DNA from: Pseudomonadota bacterium
Lineage (GTDB): Bacteria > Bdellovibrionota_B > Oligoflexia > Oligoflexales > CAIMVM01
Direction of reading: 5' to 3'
DNA: 64,000 nucleotides
Assembly (NCBI GenBank): GCA_037142195.1
Contig: JBAXBA010000005.1
Span: 18,457 to 82,456, forward strand
The notes under the pieces are model-generated. The model saw only the letters and a program-made list of their open reading frames with translations, was not told where the DNA came from and did no database searches. The number at the start of each line of letters is the position of its first letter. Positions within the stretch are counted from its first letter, which is position 1. Shown piece after piece: positions 1 to 12,200 of the stretch. Made by a program: the position numbers and the translations under genes.

Positions 1-2576
1 GTGAGTGAGAAGCCATAGTTTGCATTGCCAGCACTAACTGGAATCGTGCCAGTGATAGCACCCGTTGTGGAGTTTAAGCTTAGCCCCTCAGGCAGGGCTC
101 CTGAGGAGATGGTAAATGTAATCGGCATCACCCCGCCAACAGTTGGCAGACCCGTACTCACTGGACCGACCGCAATTCCTGTCATTGTGGAGGATGCGAA
201 TTTGACAGGGGGTATGGGGTTGTTGCCCACATTGCCAACTATCGATAGGGTTTGTACCTGGCTTAGGGTATCCGTCACACGGATGGTAAATGAATAGGCT
301 GCCCCTGCAGAAGTCAGGCTTGGCGTTCCGGCGATGAGCCCTGTCGATGGACCCATCGATGTGCCAATGGGAAGGCTTCCAGCTCCGATAGTAAAGTTAT
401 AAGGAGGACTCCCGCCGACAACAGTGACTGGAAAATTGTAAGGTATGCCAGCTGTAAAGTTTGGTACTTGTGTACTGATCATGGCCAGAATGTGTGTTCC
501 AGGGTCTATAATTCCGGTGAAACTTTTGGTTGCTGTGCTACCGGTTGAATCCGTCACTGAGATGGAAAAGCCGTAGTTTGCGTTACCCGCCGAGAGAGGC
601 AGAGTTCCAGTGATGGAACCATTGCTGGTGTCAAGTGCTAGTCCAGTGGGCAAGGTACCACCTGCCAAAGCAAATGTTAACGGCGCAAGCCCGCCAAACA
701 CGGAAATCCCCGTGGAGACCGTTCCCACCATAATGCCAGGGACATTGTTCGATACAATTTGGACTGGGCTCACTGTGATATATTGGACGTTGCCCACAAA
801 CGATGCCGACTGTGTTTGCGACACATGATCCGTCACGGTAATCGAAACCGAGAAAGCTTCGCCTCCCGAGGTCAGAGGTGGGGTTCCGGATATAACTCCT
901 GTTGTTGGATCTAACGAAAGTCCAGATGGAAGAGCACCGCCTGAAATAGAGAAAACATAAGGCGTGACGCCACCAGTCACAGCGACCGCGTAATTGTAGT
1001 TTATGCCTACGGTAATCGGAGCAAATTCTGTCGACACCAGATTTAAGACCGTGTCTTTCGGGTCGACCGTTCCTGAGTAGCTACGATTGGCGGATAACCC
1101 TGTCGCATCAGTGACGGATATCGAAAAACCAAAATTATGGTTACCTTCAGACACTGGTATGGTTCCAGAAATCATTCCGGTTGATGTATTTAAAGTGAGA
1201 CCATTCGGCAAAGTTCCGCTTGTGAGTGCAAAAGTCAAAGGAGGCACGCCCCCAGATGTTGAGATTCCATAGCTGAGCGGGCCAACGGCAATACCAGGCA
1301 GCGATGTAGTCAAGACTTGCAAAATGCCGTAAGGATTTGCTGCGATGTTTCCCACAAAAGAGGCTGTTTTTTCTTGCCCCCCAGCATCTGAGACCTTAAT
1401 GGTAGCTGAATAAGAGGTCCCGCCAGATGTAAGATCAGGAGTTCCAGCGAGAGTGCCCGTATCTGGGTCTAAAGCTAGTCCAGGAGGTAGCGAGCCTCCA
1501 GGAACAGTGAATCTGTAAGGTGTCATGCCACCCGCCACTGCAAACTTATAAGAGCAGTGCACGCCGGCGGCGACAGCCGGTATATTATTGCTAACCAGCG
1601 TTAGGACCGATGATCCTGGGTCGATCCGTCCCGTAAAACTGCGACTTGTCGCCACGCCCACTGCATCCCGAACGGTGATAGAAAAACCGTACGTGGAATT
1701 GGCAGCTGTGATTGGGATAGAACCGCTCAAGATCCCCGTTGAGGGATGGAGTGTCAGTCCAGCCGGTAGGGTCCCACTGGTCAAAGTAAACGTCAAAGGC
1801 AAGGCTCCACCCGTGGTTGAAATGCCTGTAGAGACAGCCCCAACGGCTAGTCCGGGAATAGCGGTAGACAATATCTGCACCACCCCGGTGGGATTGGGAT
1901 TCACTGTACTTTGGAATGTAGCCATGGCAGTTTGATTCAGAGCGTCAGTGCCTTTGATGGCGATGACGAAATTTTGTCCACCGCTTGTAAGTGCAGGAGT
2001 TCCTGAAATAAGGCCGTTTGACGGGTTTAGAGTCAATCCGATGGGAAGCTTTCCAGATGTAAGCGCATAGGAGTAAGGCTTCACGCCACCGGTCATTTGA
2101 ATCGCAAATGAATAGCTAACACCAGCCGACATGGATGCAAGCTGCGAGGTCAGAAAGGAAACCTCAGAGCTTCCAGGTGCGACGCTTCCACTAAATTTTC
2201 TAGTGGCAGAATTCCCACCAGAGTCGAACACCTCGGCAGTAAACGCATAATTTTGATTTGCATATTGGTTCCCTATGGAGCCAGAGATCGTTCCAGCGCT
2301 TTGATCCAGAGTTAAGCCTATTGGCAATGCTCCTGACGAAATCGTGTACTTGAGAGGCATAGCGCCCCCTATCGTAGAGATCGCCGTAGCCACCTCTCCA
2401 ACCTGAATGCCCTGAATGCTTGTCGATACGATTTGAACGGGTGAGAGGGCTGGAGCACTGGAGGTCACCTGTGCCACCTTACCGCTACAGGCATGCAAAG
2501 CAAAACCAAGCAAAGCCCACGCTAGCATTAAGGTGCTGCGCAACTTCTGTACTTTTTTTTGCATCCCCTGGCCCAT
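1..2576 (-). CDS. Large surface lipoprotein with tandem putative Ig (He_PIG/cadherin-like) domains; runs off the left edge
   Basis: Absent from the ORF track because it has no stop in the window. Manual translation from ATG 2576 (GAGGGG SD upstream): MGQGMQKKVQKLRSTLMLAWALLGFALHACSGK (lipobox-like LHAC). Then ~95-aa repeats of the form GGxxPxxxxxxSGxLPxGLTLxxxxGxISGT; same frame reads GTIPVSAGNANYGFSL at the left edge. Confidence 0.88.
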   Translation of the reverse strand, partial: MGQGMQKKVQKLRSTLMLAWALLGFALHACSGKVAQVTSSAPALSPVQIVSTSIQGIQVGEVATAISTIGGAMPLKYTISSGALPIGLTLDQSAGTISGSIGNQYANQNYAFTAEVFDSGGNSATRKFSGSVAPGSSEVSFLTSQLASMSAGVSYSFAIQMTGGVKPYSYALTSGKLPIGLTLNPSNGLISGTPALTSGGQNFVIAIKGTDALNQTAMATFQSTVNPNPTGVVQILSTAIPGLAVGAVSTGISTTGGALPLTFTLTSGTLPAGLTLHPSTGILSGSIPITAANSTYGFSITVRDAVGVATSRSFTGRIDPGSSVLTLVSNNIPAVAAGVHCSYKFAVAGGMTPYRFTVPGGSLPPGLALDPDTGTLAGTPDLTSGGTSYSATIKVSDAGGQEKTASFVGNIAANPYGILQVLTTSLPGIAVGPLSYGISTSGGVPPLTFALTSGTLPNGLTLNTSTGMISGTIPVSEGNHNFGFSISVTDATGLSANRSYSGTVDPKDTVLNLVSTEFAPITVGINYNYAVAVTGGVTPYVFSISGGALPSGLSLDPTTGVISGTPPLTSGGEAFSVSITVTDHVSQTQSASFVGNVQYITVSPVQIVSNNVPGIMVGTVSTGISVFGGLAPLTFALAGGTLPTGLALDTSNGSITGTLPLSAGNANYGFSISVTDSTGSTATKSFTGIIDPGTHILAMISTQVPNFTAGIPYNFPVTVVGGSPPYNFTIGAGSLPIGTSMGPSTGLIAGTPSLTSAGAAYSFTIRVTDTLSQVQTLSIVGNVGNNPIPPVKFASSTMTGIAVGPVSTGLPTVGGVMPITFTISSGALPEGLSLNSTTGAITGTIPVSAGNANYGFSL

Positions 2577-2674
2577 AGAATCTAACCCCTCGACTTCTTA
2601 TGGATTCTGTTTGGAATTCCCTGTCACTCTTGATATGGAATTCGGATCCCCGTCGCAAATATTCCTATCTGGTA

Positions 2675-2701
2675 ATCTCGGCAGATTAAATGAGAGGTTG
2701 A
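2675..2701 (-). promoter_or_regulatory. Candidate sigma28 (FliA) promoter
   Basis: Minus strand TCAAC-N14-GCCGAGAT, about 100 nt upstream of the Ig lipoprotein start; consensus T(A/C)AAG-N14-GCCGATAA. Confidence 0.4.
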
Positions 2702-3509
2702 GTTTTTTGTAATAATAACCTCATAACAAAGGGTTAAGACTCTACCTATAGCCTGGCTAATGGCACGCCAGAGGCCGCTTCTAAAGATTATTTTGTGCTG
2801 ACTTTGTCGCATGTTGGACCTAAAATGGGATGGCTGCATACTCAAGCCCCATAATTCCTTGAATGGGTCTTAGATTTCTTCAATAGGGAACTTCGTCTTT
2901 AAACGGTGGTGACTTTAGGGATGCGTGATGGGTGGCTAGGAGTCCCGGCCTTGAATCGTTTTGTAAATAATCAAAAACAAAAGCAACTAGAAAGAATTAA
3001 GCAACTTGATCGGCGCTGTGCAGCCCCTAGGCGTGCTCGCCATCGCAGGCACCTAAACAGTTCTGATTGCAATTAGAACAATCTAATTTCGACTTTTGAC
3101 CAAACAGTCCCATTCATTTGGTCCTTATCATTCTGGAAGTCCCGCAACCATGGAGCGATTCTTTATCGCAACTGGAAGACTGCGATCTGAACGTTCCAAA
3201 AAACAAAAACTCGAGGAAATCATGGTGATAAATATACTAGCAAATTAAGGAAGCGATTCCTGATTAGGCCGATACTATGCAGATTTATAAGAGCGTTAAA
3301 GACTGTCGTCGCGTCTTCTTGATACTTAAAAATGTCATTCTACGTACCTAGGCCTTGCAGCGAGTCCTATCTTGCCATTCACCCAGACTCGTTTTAAAGT
3401 CATGCAGATCCTCCAACAAGTATGATATGATTACATAGATGTATGCAGTCGATTTATCGGTTGGGCAGCATTTCAATTTTATGGATGTTCCATAAATCCT
3501 GGAGGGGAA

Positions 3510-4061
3510 ATGGCCAGTAAAATTTCTTTGTGGATAACGCTCTTGATTCTGCAGATGAGCCTCAGCGCCTGCAGCAAAGCGAAGCCAAGTCACTCACCTT
3601 TGGAACGAGCCCCTTCTATGGATATAGGGCAAATGAATGGCGAATGGCACGTGGTCGCGCGGATCCCTACTATTTTGGATCGGGAAGCGACTGATATGCG
3701 CATGACCTTTCGTGTCATGCAAGACTTTTCGATGGATATCGACTGGTTGTTCAAAAAAAATTCGGGGAGCGAAGACACGAAACACTCATTTAGAGGTCAA
3801 GCAGGTCGCGCGCGCGAAACAACACTATGGACTATATCTCCTTTCTGGCCTCTGAACTTCACCTATCAAGTTTTGGAGTTCTCTGGCGACTATAGCTGGA
3901 TTGTTGTGGGCTCCGCCGATCGTAAATATCTTTGGATCCTCTCGAGAATCGATCAAATGGATCCTTTGCTAATCGACGGATTACTGCAGAGGGCGGAAAA
4001 ATCAAAGTTTGAAGTATCTGCTGTAGTGAAGGCCGGAAAATCCGAGTCCAGCAAACCATGA
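3510..4061 (+). CDS. Lipocalin family lipoprotein (Blc-like)
   Basis: Lipobox LSAC; GEWHVVARIP, YQVLEFSGDYSWIVVGS and YLWILSR lipocalin motifs; GGAGGGG SD. Confidence 0.88.
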   Translation: MASKISLWITLLILQMSLSACSKAKPSHSPLERAPSMDIGQMNGEWHVVARIPTILDREATDMRMTFRVMQDFSMDIDWLFKKNSGSEDTKHSFRGQAGRARETTLWTISPFWPLNFTYQVLEFSGDYSWIVVGSADRKYLWILSRIDQMDPLLIDGLLQRAEKSKFEVSAVVKAGKSESSKP

Positions 4062-5460
4062 TGATACCTGCGATGGCATAAATCCTGATATTTTACCAGT
4101 ATTCTGGCTGATTTTACGCCAGTTCGAATAGCCATTTCGAACCCTCCCATAGCAGCTTCAATCGAATTTAAAGAAGGGAAATCGATGGCAGGACGTTGCA
4201 ATGCTGTGGTTTTTAGGCGTCGAAGACCGAGATCGTATCGTTACTAACCAAAGAGGCAATGTCTAGGTCTATAGACTGTTTCTTGACCAGCTCCCTTCGA
4301 CCTCAATAGGAATTACATTAAGTATGTTCTTCCTGGTCAAAATTTTCTCGGTGAAGTTTCCAGATGTCTTTATTGGCCTGACCGGTCAACGTTTGAGTTT
4401 GAGTATGGATTAGAACTTGCAGTTCCTGTCCTGTGCTCTCCCAATGAAGTTGCCGACTGTGTTCCATCAGAATCTGATGGAGTCACCTATTTATTTAAAA
4501 TCCAGAGCGACCCTTAAGATCAACAACGCCTTTTATGAATATCGGCATCTTTGACCTTGACGCGAAACATAGAAAGGAGATGAGACGAGGCAGTAACATG
4601 TCGCGAATACCAGGGACTAAGTCGCCCCAAAAACTCTGATTTTTGCCCGTGAATGGGTTCGTAAATAGATCTCTTTGACGACAAAATTGGATTTTGCAGC
4701 CGTAGGTTTTTGCACTTTCTTGGCTATGGTCCATTCAAGAATGGAATTGCTGATCCCGGAGCTTTTCATGCAATGCGACACGTCCATAAAAAAACCTCCT
4801 CCCCCCAGAATTTTTGCTTGATGTGGAGATCGATCTAGACAGCAGCCATAATTTTGCCGCACTGCAAGAAACTCGGCAATCCGCTTGTTTTAGCAGAAGA
4901 CACACAGACGGCATTTGGGTACTCAAGTGGAGGGCGCCTGGAGCTATAAAGGGAGCCTTATCAATACTACGAGGTGTTTCGCTTAATTTTAGAAAAAGCA
5001 CCAATTTTAGTACAAGTGGAAGGGACATAGCATTGGTGGCCAAAACCGGCCTATCTCCCAAAGAATCCTCACCCATATGGCATCAATATTATCAACGCAT
5101 CCACGGGCGAGTTTTAGGAGTTAGGACATACTTACAGATTCTCTAATGGTGACGGCCATCTTGAAGATATAGAAATTGCCGACCTCAATGGAGCTAGATA
5201 TGGAGATATAATTACAATGACGCTGCGAAAAACCGAGAAGTCAGCTTCAGCTGGAGGCTGCTGCTGTAACTGTCGATCGTTTCAGCGGGAATTGCACTCT
5301 AACGGAGGCAGGTATGGAAGTCGTCTGGGCTAGTTCTGTTATTGTCAGGATGCTCATGGATGATGAAGCAACGGGACTCACCATGGAGGATAATGGTGTC
5401 GAAAAATTGATTTTTAGAACGATTTCTCGAATGCACAATCTGCGAGTGAGGTTTCATTAA
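4062..5460 (+). pseudogene. Decayed beta-propeller/FG-GAP-repeat gene remnant
   Basis: The frame from 5073 reads PYGINIINASTGEF*ELGHTYRFSNGDGHLEDIEIADLNGARYGDIITM, with an in-frame TAG at 5115-5117 and an FG-GAP-like ADLNGxxYxDII. Other protein-like fragments lie upstream in shifting frames. Boundaries are approximate. Confidence 0.4.
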
Positions 5461-5492
5461 GTAAATCATTGATGTTTTAGCGGGAGTACATC

Positions 5493-5849
5493 GTGGCTAT
5501 TTTAGGAAGAGTTTTTCTTGTTCTCATTATTGGCGCCTTTCCAATAGGAGTTTATCTTTTTGCAAGAACTGGACATGCACCGGGGAGCCCTGCCCCTTCA
5601 AAAGAGTTAACCACAAGCAAGCTGTCTTCGATCAGTACTGCGGAAAGCCTAGATCTGATCAATAAAGGAATCGAATCTAAAGCTATTGAAATCAAAGAAA
5701 TCAATGTTCAAATTCTAGAAAACCGTGGCAAAATTCTACGTCTTGAAGATGAACGCCAAAACAAGCTTAAAGCTCTTCAGGAACTACAAGTAAAATTGTC
5801 GACTATTATTGAAGATGCGATCCCTAAGAAGACTACAACAATCCAATAA
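5493..5849 (+). CDS. Hypothetical membrane-anchored coiled-coil protein
   Basis: N-terminal hydrophobic helix, C-terminal heptad-like E/K/L-rich region, GGGAG SD, terminator downstream. Confidence 0.7.
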   Translation: MAILGRVFLVLIIGAFPIGVYLFARTGHAPGSPAPSKELTTSKLSSISTAESLDLINKGIESKAIEIKEINVQILENRGKILRLEDERQNKLKALQELQVKLSTIIEDAIPKKTTTIQ

Positions 5850-5883
5850 GTTCGCATAAGAGCTTTTGATAAGAACGAAACGG

Positions 5884-5911
5884 ATGCTTCCTAAAGGTGG
5901 GAGCATTTTTT
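5884..5911 (+). terminator. Rho-independent terminator
   Basis: ATGCTTCC/GGGAGCAT stem followed by a T run. Confidence 0.65.
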
Positions 5912-6154
5912 CATTGCTCATTAGAGCAGAGCCTATTTAAGTGCCAACATGGAGTAAAAAAGACTCATTTTAGTCTCACCTTTAACACTTGGAAACCACT
6001 GGACCAGACAAGGTGAGCCCACATCCGTTTGGAAAACCAATTTCTGCTCTATCCCCCTTGGCAACCTGCACACCTTCCGAGGACCGAATGTTAGTAATTG
6101 AAAACACAAGCTATTTCGTCCTGTTTTATCAAACCTTAAATAAAATGAAAAAGC

Positions 6155-6181
6155 TCATGATTCTGGCGGATTAGCCGATCT
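6155..6181 (+). promoter_or_regulatory. Candidate sigma28 promoter
   Basis: TCATG-N14-GCCGATCT ending 31 nt before ATG 6213. Confidence 0.4.
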
Positions 6182-6212
6182 ATCCCAAAGATAAAGTTAG
6201 GGAGAACTACCT

Positions 6213-9200
6213 ATGCTCAAGTTCTTAGGCGTTTTGGTATTTTTAATAGCAACGCTATCATGCAGCAAGCAAGCGCTACAGCTATCTACGTCTAAAGGGG
6301 ATTCCATTAAAGATCCCACTGCTGGCGACGCCTCCAGTGAAATTAGCTATTCTGGCGCTCTCATGATTGATAGCATTAAGAGCGAAATGGTGGCCATGCG
6401 CTATTCCTTAGATCAGATAACCACTGTCGTTAATGCTGCCAAAACGGAAGTCAGCCTTGCTAGCAACTTATCCATTGAAAGCAGCCGGGAACTTTCCCTC
6501 GATGGGGAAGGGAAAAGCCTCAGAATGGCTTCCATCGCTGTCGCCAAAGGATCTATTCGAGCACTGAAGGAAACTTCCCTACCGGAAGATGCAGGCATTC
6601 TGTTTCAGCTGGCTAACAGTGCTAGACCAGAACAACTGAGCATGGCCACGATTATTAAGGGCCAAACCAAAGGCATGGGTCTTGTAAAATCTCGAGGTAA
6701 AATCGCCGGCATGAGTTCTGTGGTATTGGCCCAAGCTACTTCCGAAATGGCTTCCACAGCGCTGAGCACCGGAGCTAAAACTGGCATGATCACGAGTGAT
6801 AATGCACCGCAAATGATCTCAGCCATTGCGAAAAGTTTATTTGGGAACTTAAAAAGCACCAGCATGGAATTAGATGCTGAGAAGATCATTCCTTCATTTT
6901 CTAACTCTCTATCCGGACTTAAACAAGTCAATCTCCTTAAAGAAGCACTGATTCTCGTCACTCAAAGCATGATTTCTGAAAGTATTTCTGGTATTAAAGC
7001 CAACAATCTTGAAAGCATGACCGCGGAAATTCTTCCTAATATTATATCCAACACTATGGTAGGCACCTATTCTGTTGCAGGCTCTAGTGAAAACTTTGCA
7101 TCAGCTGCTGCTGAAGTCGGAAAAAGCGCTCTTTCATCAGTCAATCAACTAGGACTGATAAAGTCTAAAGATGATGGATCCACTTTCGCGACACTCGTGT
7201 TTTCATCAAGCATAAAGTCAATGGATAAGATTCCCGATTGGAATGTAGATCAGCTCACCAATATCGCAGTCGCGATGCAGCAAAAAGCTATGGAATCCGC
7301 CAAAGATCTTGGCTTTTCTGGAAATGACACCGCTGATATTTTAGTGAACGCGACCGTATCTATGGTGAAAAGCATGGGAGCTCTTGATCGGATACAGGAT
7401 TTGGTAGTTGCTAACGACACTTTGACTCAATCCTTTAATCGTGTCACAGAAGCCACAACGAAAGACCTGAGCTCCAGCATTGAAGGTGTGAGTAAGGACT
7501 ATAGCGCGGCCATGCAAACCGCAGTAAGCACTGCTGCGACTGAGGGTGCAGCGACCTCTCCCACTGTTCAGCCCACCCAGCCCGCACCGGTTCCTGGCCC
7601 AACACTAGCCATACCTACTTTGATTACCCGTGTGGCGCCTACAATGAATAGATCCATAGGCAATGTCGTGGCGTTTACGATAGGCAGTGCCGTACCCGGT
7701 CAAACTATCAAATTCTACTCGGACAGCAGTTGTACTACTCTTCTGGGACAAGGCGTTTACACCTCTTCAGCTGTAACGCTTCCTATCACTCTAGCTGCCC
7801 CTGGGGCCTACTTTTTCTATGTGAAGTCTTTTGATGCCAGTCTTAATTTTTCTGCTTGCGCCAATACGGGTGAGACTTATGTCCTGGACAACTCTGCGTC
7901 TTCACCTTCCGCTACTCTCGTTTCGCCCTCGGCTGTCGTAGGAAACAGCAATCTAGTTACGCTGGGCCTGTCTATGCTAGAGGCAAATGCTACGGTGGAA
8001 ATCTATAGCGATAGCCTTTGCGCGTCCTCCTTACTCGGCAGCGCTGTAGTGACAAATTCCTCACAAAATTTAACCGCGGTTCTTCCAAGCACTGGAATGT
8101 ATAACTTCTACCTCAAACAAACGGACGATTTAGGCAATGCGAGCCCTTGTGTAAACTCGGGGCTTTCCTATTTATATGACACGACGCCCCCATCAAACCT
8201 ATCATTAAGCCTTGTGAACCCTTCTACGTCACCTTCAAATCTCAATACCATCACGTTAAGAGCCAATGGCACGGAGCCCAATAGTACAGTCTTCCTCTAT
8301 AACAGCGCTAGCTGTATCAGCACTCCCCTGTCATCTAAGCCAGGCATCTCAGGCTCAACAGACTTCCCCGTAAATGGTCTTTTGGAGGGATCTAATCTGT
8401 TCTATGCTAAACAAGTTGATGCTGCAGGAAATGCTTCTTCTTGTTCCCCTGGTTTATCTTATATTCTAGACTCTACTCCGCCCCAGCTTCCAGTTGTCAC
8501 ACTAGAGGCTGGCCAAGCCCCCTTTTCCTCCAGCTCCAGTGTGAATCTCAGGATAAACCTGGCCGAGACAGGGGGAACCTTAAAAATCTATTCCAATAGC
8601 ACTTGTACGGCACTTCAGACCACTTTAACCGCATCTAGCATGTCAATGCCCGTGGTACTTTCTGCTCAAACAGAAGGCCCCCACACCTACTACGCTACTC
8701 ACACCGATAGTCTTGGAAATACTTCTGCCTGCAGCACAAGTTTTGCTTCCTGGACCAAAGACTCCGTCAGTCCTACACCACCTCAATTGAATGCAGCCAC
8801 AAGCCCAGCGGGCCCAAGCGCAACGACAAACATCACTGTAAGCGGAACCGCAGAGGCATTTTCTACTGTGCAACTCTATAGTGATGCGGCTTGTTCGACA
8901 GCACTCACTGGTCAAAGTCAGACCTCGGGTTCAGGATCTTTTTCTGTACCATTTAATATCCCAACACCTAATTCCACCTATATGTTCTTTGCAAAGGCTG
9001 TCGATCAAGCTCAAAACTCCTCAGGCTGCAGCACAACCAGTGCAAGCTACATTCACAATTCTAGCATTCCTTCCGTTATAAACGTCTCCAGTTCGACCAG
9101 CTCCAACCTGACAGTAGGGGGCACGATCGATATATCCGTAGTGTTCTCTGAATCCGTTTATGTTTCGGGATCACCACGCCTAGAATTAGAACTAGGTTCC

Positions 9201-12200
9201 AGTCCAAAATATGCCTACTATCTCTCCGGTTCTGGAACATCTGTCCTGCTTTTTCGCTATACGGTTGTAAGCGGCGACAATACCAACGACCTTGATTACA
9301 AGACACCGAGTGCTCTTTCCACTAATGGCGGAACCGTAAAAAATGTTTCACCTGTCGATGCTGTTTTAGCTCTTCCAAGCCCTGGGACCCCGAACTCTCT
9401 TGGCTTCAATCAAAATATCAGAGTAGATACAACATCGCCCATGATTTCAACTATCTTATCTCAATCCACCCTTGAAGATATACCGTTGAGCCCCATTTCC
9501 TATACGATCACTGATGCAGGAAATATTTTAGATTGCGTGTCTTCAGTGACCGTTACCACAAGTAATCCGAGCGTGCTTCCTCTTGCAAATATAATCAAAT
9601 CAGGTCAAGCACCCAATTGCCTCTTGACCCTCGTCTCTGAACTAAATAGCTTCGGAGCGTCTACTGTTACCGTCACCGTAAATGATGGAATCACGGCTGC
9701 TGCTTCTACAAGTTTCCTGTTCTCAGTCACTTCCGTAAATGATCTGCCTTCCATTTCCGACGTTGCCGATCAGTCCATGAATGAGGATGGACCTGCAATG
9801 AACCTTTCTGTCGTCATTAATGATGTCGACAATAATCTTAATTGCAACACTTCACTTTCTGCAACTTCCAGCAATTCCACTCTCATTTCAAATTCATCTA
9901 TAGTCTTTTCTGGCACTGCTCCCAACTGCTATGTTTCTTTGACTCCTAGCCCTAATCAGAATGGCACGGCCATCATCACCCTAAGCGTCACCGATGGCTC
10001 GGCAACGGCTATGGATACTTTTGTTTTAAATGTCATCCCGGTTAATGACCCACCCACGATTTCTTCCTTTCCAAGTCAGGTTATGATGAATGAAGACTCT
10101 ACAGCAATTGTCAATGTCCTATTAAACGACATCGACAACAGCCTCCCCTGTTCCGCATTAACGATTACAAACTCGTCAAACTCGGCTCTTCTGCCTCCTA
10201 CATCGCCCAACATAGTTATGGGCGGAACAGCTCCCAACTGCACTTTAACATTGAATCCAGCTCTCAACCAAAATGGTTCCTCAACCATTAGCATGAATGC
10301 CTTTGATGGAACCACTACCTCTGGAACGGTGAACTTCAATGTCAACGTCACTCCCGTAGATGATCCTCCAACTATACCGGCAATCCCCCCGCAAGTTGCT
10401 ATATTAGGATTTGCAAAAACCTTCACGTTTCCAGTCAACGATGTGGATTCCACAGTAAGCTGTATTTTCTATGCCCCTACTAGCTCAAATACGGCGGTAA
10501 TTACGAGCGCACACATAGCCCTCGCGTCAGGAGGTACAAATTTTTGTAGTGTGACGATCAGCGCTATGGGACCATCCCCTGGAAATAGCAACATTACCGT
10601 AACCGTAAAAGACGATACGAGTGTGGCTACCCAAACTTTCAATATCACTATTACGAAACAATGGTATCAGGAAGCTTATATTAAGGCGCCAAATTCTCTT
10701 TCAGTATCCTCCCTTAACTTTGGTCGGTCCGTATCTCTTAACGATTCCACATTAGCTGTCGGAGCTGAGTTTGAAGGGAATGCCCAATCGAACATAACTC
10801 CCACAATTACTACGAACACAAACTCTATGGCCAACGCTGGAGCTGTTTATGTGTTCGGAAGAACAGGAACGAATTGGTCCATTCAGTCATATATCAAGGC
10901 ATCCAACAATAGAGCAGGCAACTATTTTGGAAATGAAGTCTCCCTTTCCGGAGACACTCTGGCTGTTGCGGCTTATCAAGAGGGATCTCAACAAACCACC
11001 ATAACGACCGGCATAACCAACAATACGGCGAACGGCGCCCTAACTTCCGGAGCTGCCTACATTTTTAAACGAACGAGCGGCAATTGGAGCCAAGAAGCGT
11101 TTATCAAACCTAACAATTCCGAGAGCCAAGATTTCTTTGGGCAGTCTATAAGCCTCAGTGGAAATACTTTGTTGGTGGGAGCTACTCAGGAAGATTCCAG
11201 CGAGTCCACCATCACCCAGACAGCATTGACTACTAACAACTCGTATGCCCAATCAGGCGCAGCTTACCTATTTAGCCGTATGGGGACGATCTGGACTCAA
11301 GATGCCTACATAAAAGCTTCAAACGTAGGAGCTGATGACTACTTTGGTGAGCCGGTTGCCATTTCGGGAGATACGATTGCTATTGGTGCTTGGAACGAAG
11401 CGAGTTCTCAAAACACTATATCCAATACGACAGCGCCTGCAAGCCCTGATAATAGTGCTACTGGGTCAGGAGCCGTCTACATATACCGAAAAGATGCGGT
11501 TAATCAGTGGAGACAAGAAGCCTACATCAAGGCAAGTAACGCCGAGCAAAATGACAACTTCAGCAGCAGCTTGTCTTTATCGGGAAATATGTTAGCCGTC
11601 GGCTCCCCGATGGAAAGTAGCAACCTCACCACCATTAGCTTCGGAACTGCCTTTACCACTAACAATTCCAGTCCAGGCTCAGGTGCCGTATATATGTTTA
11701 ATAGATCCGGAAGTGTTTGGTCCCAGCAAGCCTATATAAAAGCTTCTAACAACCGCACCAATAATCGTTTCGGAGATCAACTTTCCTTATCTGGCTCGAC
11801 TTTAGCTGTAGGTGTGATGCTTGATGACAGCAATCAAACCACCATTACTTATGGCCCGCCTGCAAGTACAAATTTAAACATGTCAGAGTCGGGCGCTACT
11901 TTCCTCTATAAATACATCTCCGGAAGCTGGTATGAAAAGAATTATATCAAGCCTGCCAATACGCATAATGCGGACAACTTCGGTTTCTCCATATCACTTT
12001 CAGGGGACTCTTTAGCAGTAGGAGCCCCCCAAGAAAGCAGCAATCAAACTACCATTACAAATGGATCTCAACCGAGTCCCAACATAAGTCTTCCCAACTC
12101 TGGAGCGACTTATATTTACAGAAATATGGATATTGCGGCTGACCCTGATCTTAGAATCATCGCAAAAACAAGTACCAGCATCACCTTGGCGTGGAATCCC

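Noticed and set aside
25..1935. Short + strand ORFs (25, 610, 1087, 1588)
   Set aside because: Antisense shadows of the minus-strand Ig-repeat gene; they repeat with its periodicity
2760..2776. TGGCACG as a sigma54 -24 element (also at ~28658)
   Set aside because: No TTGC -12 element at the required spacing
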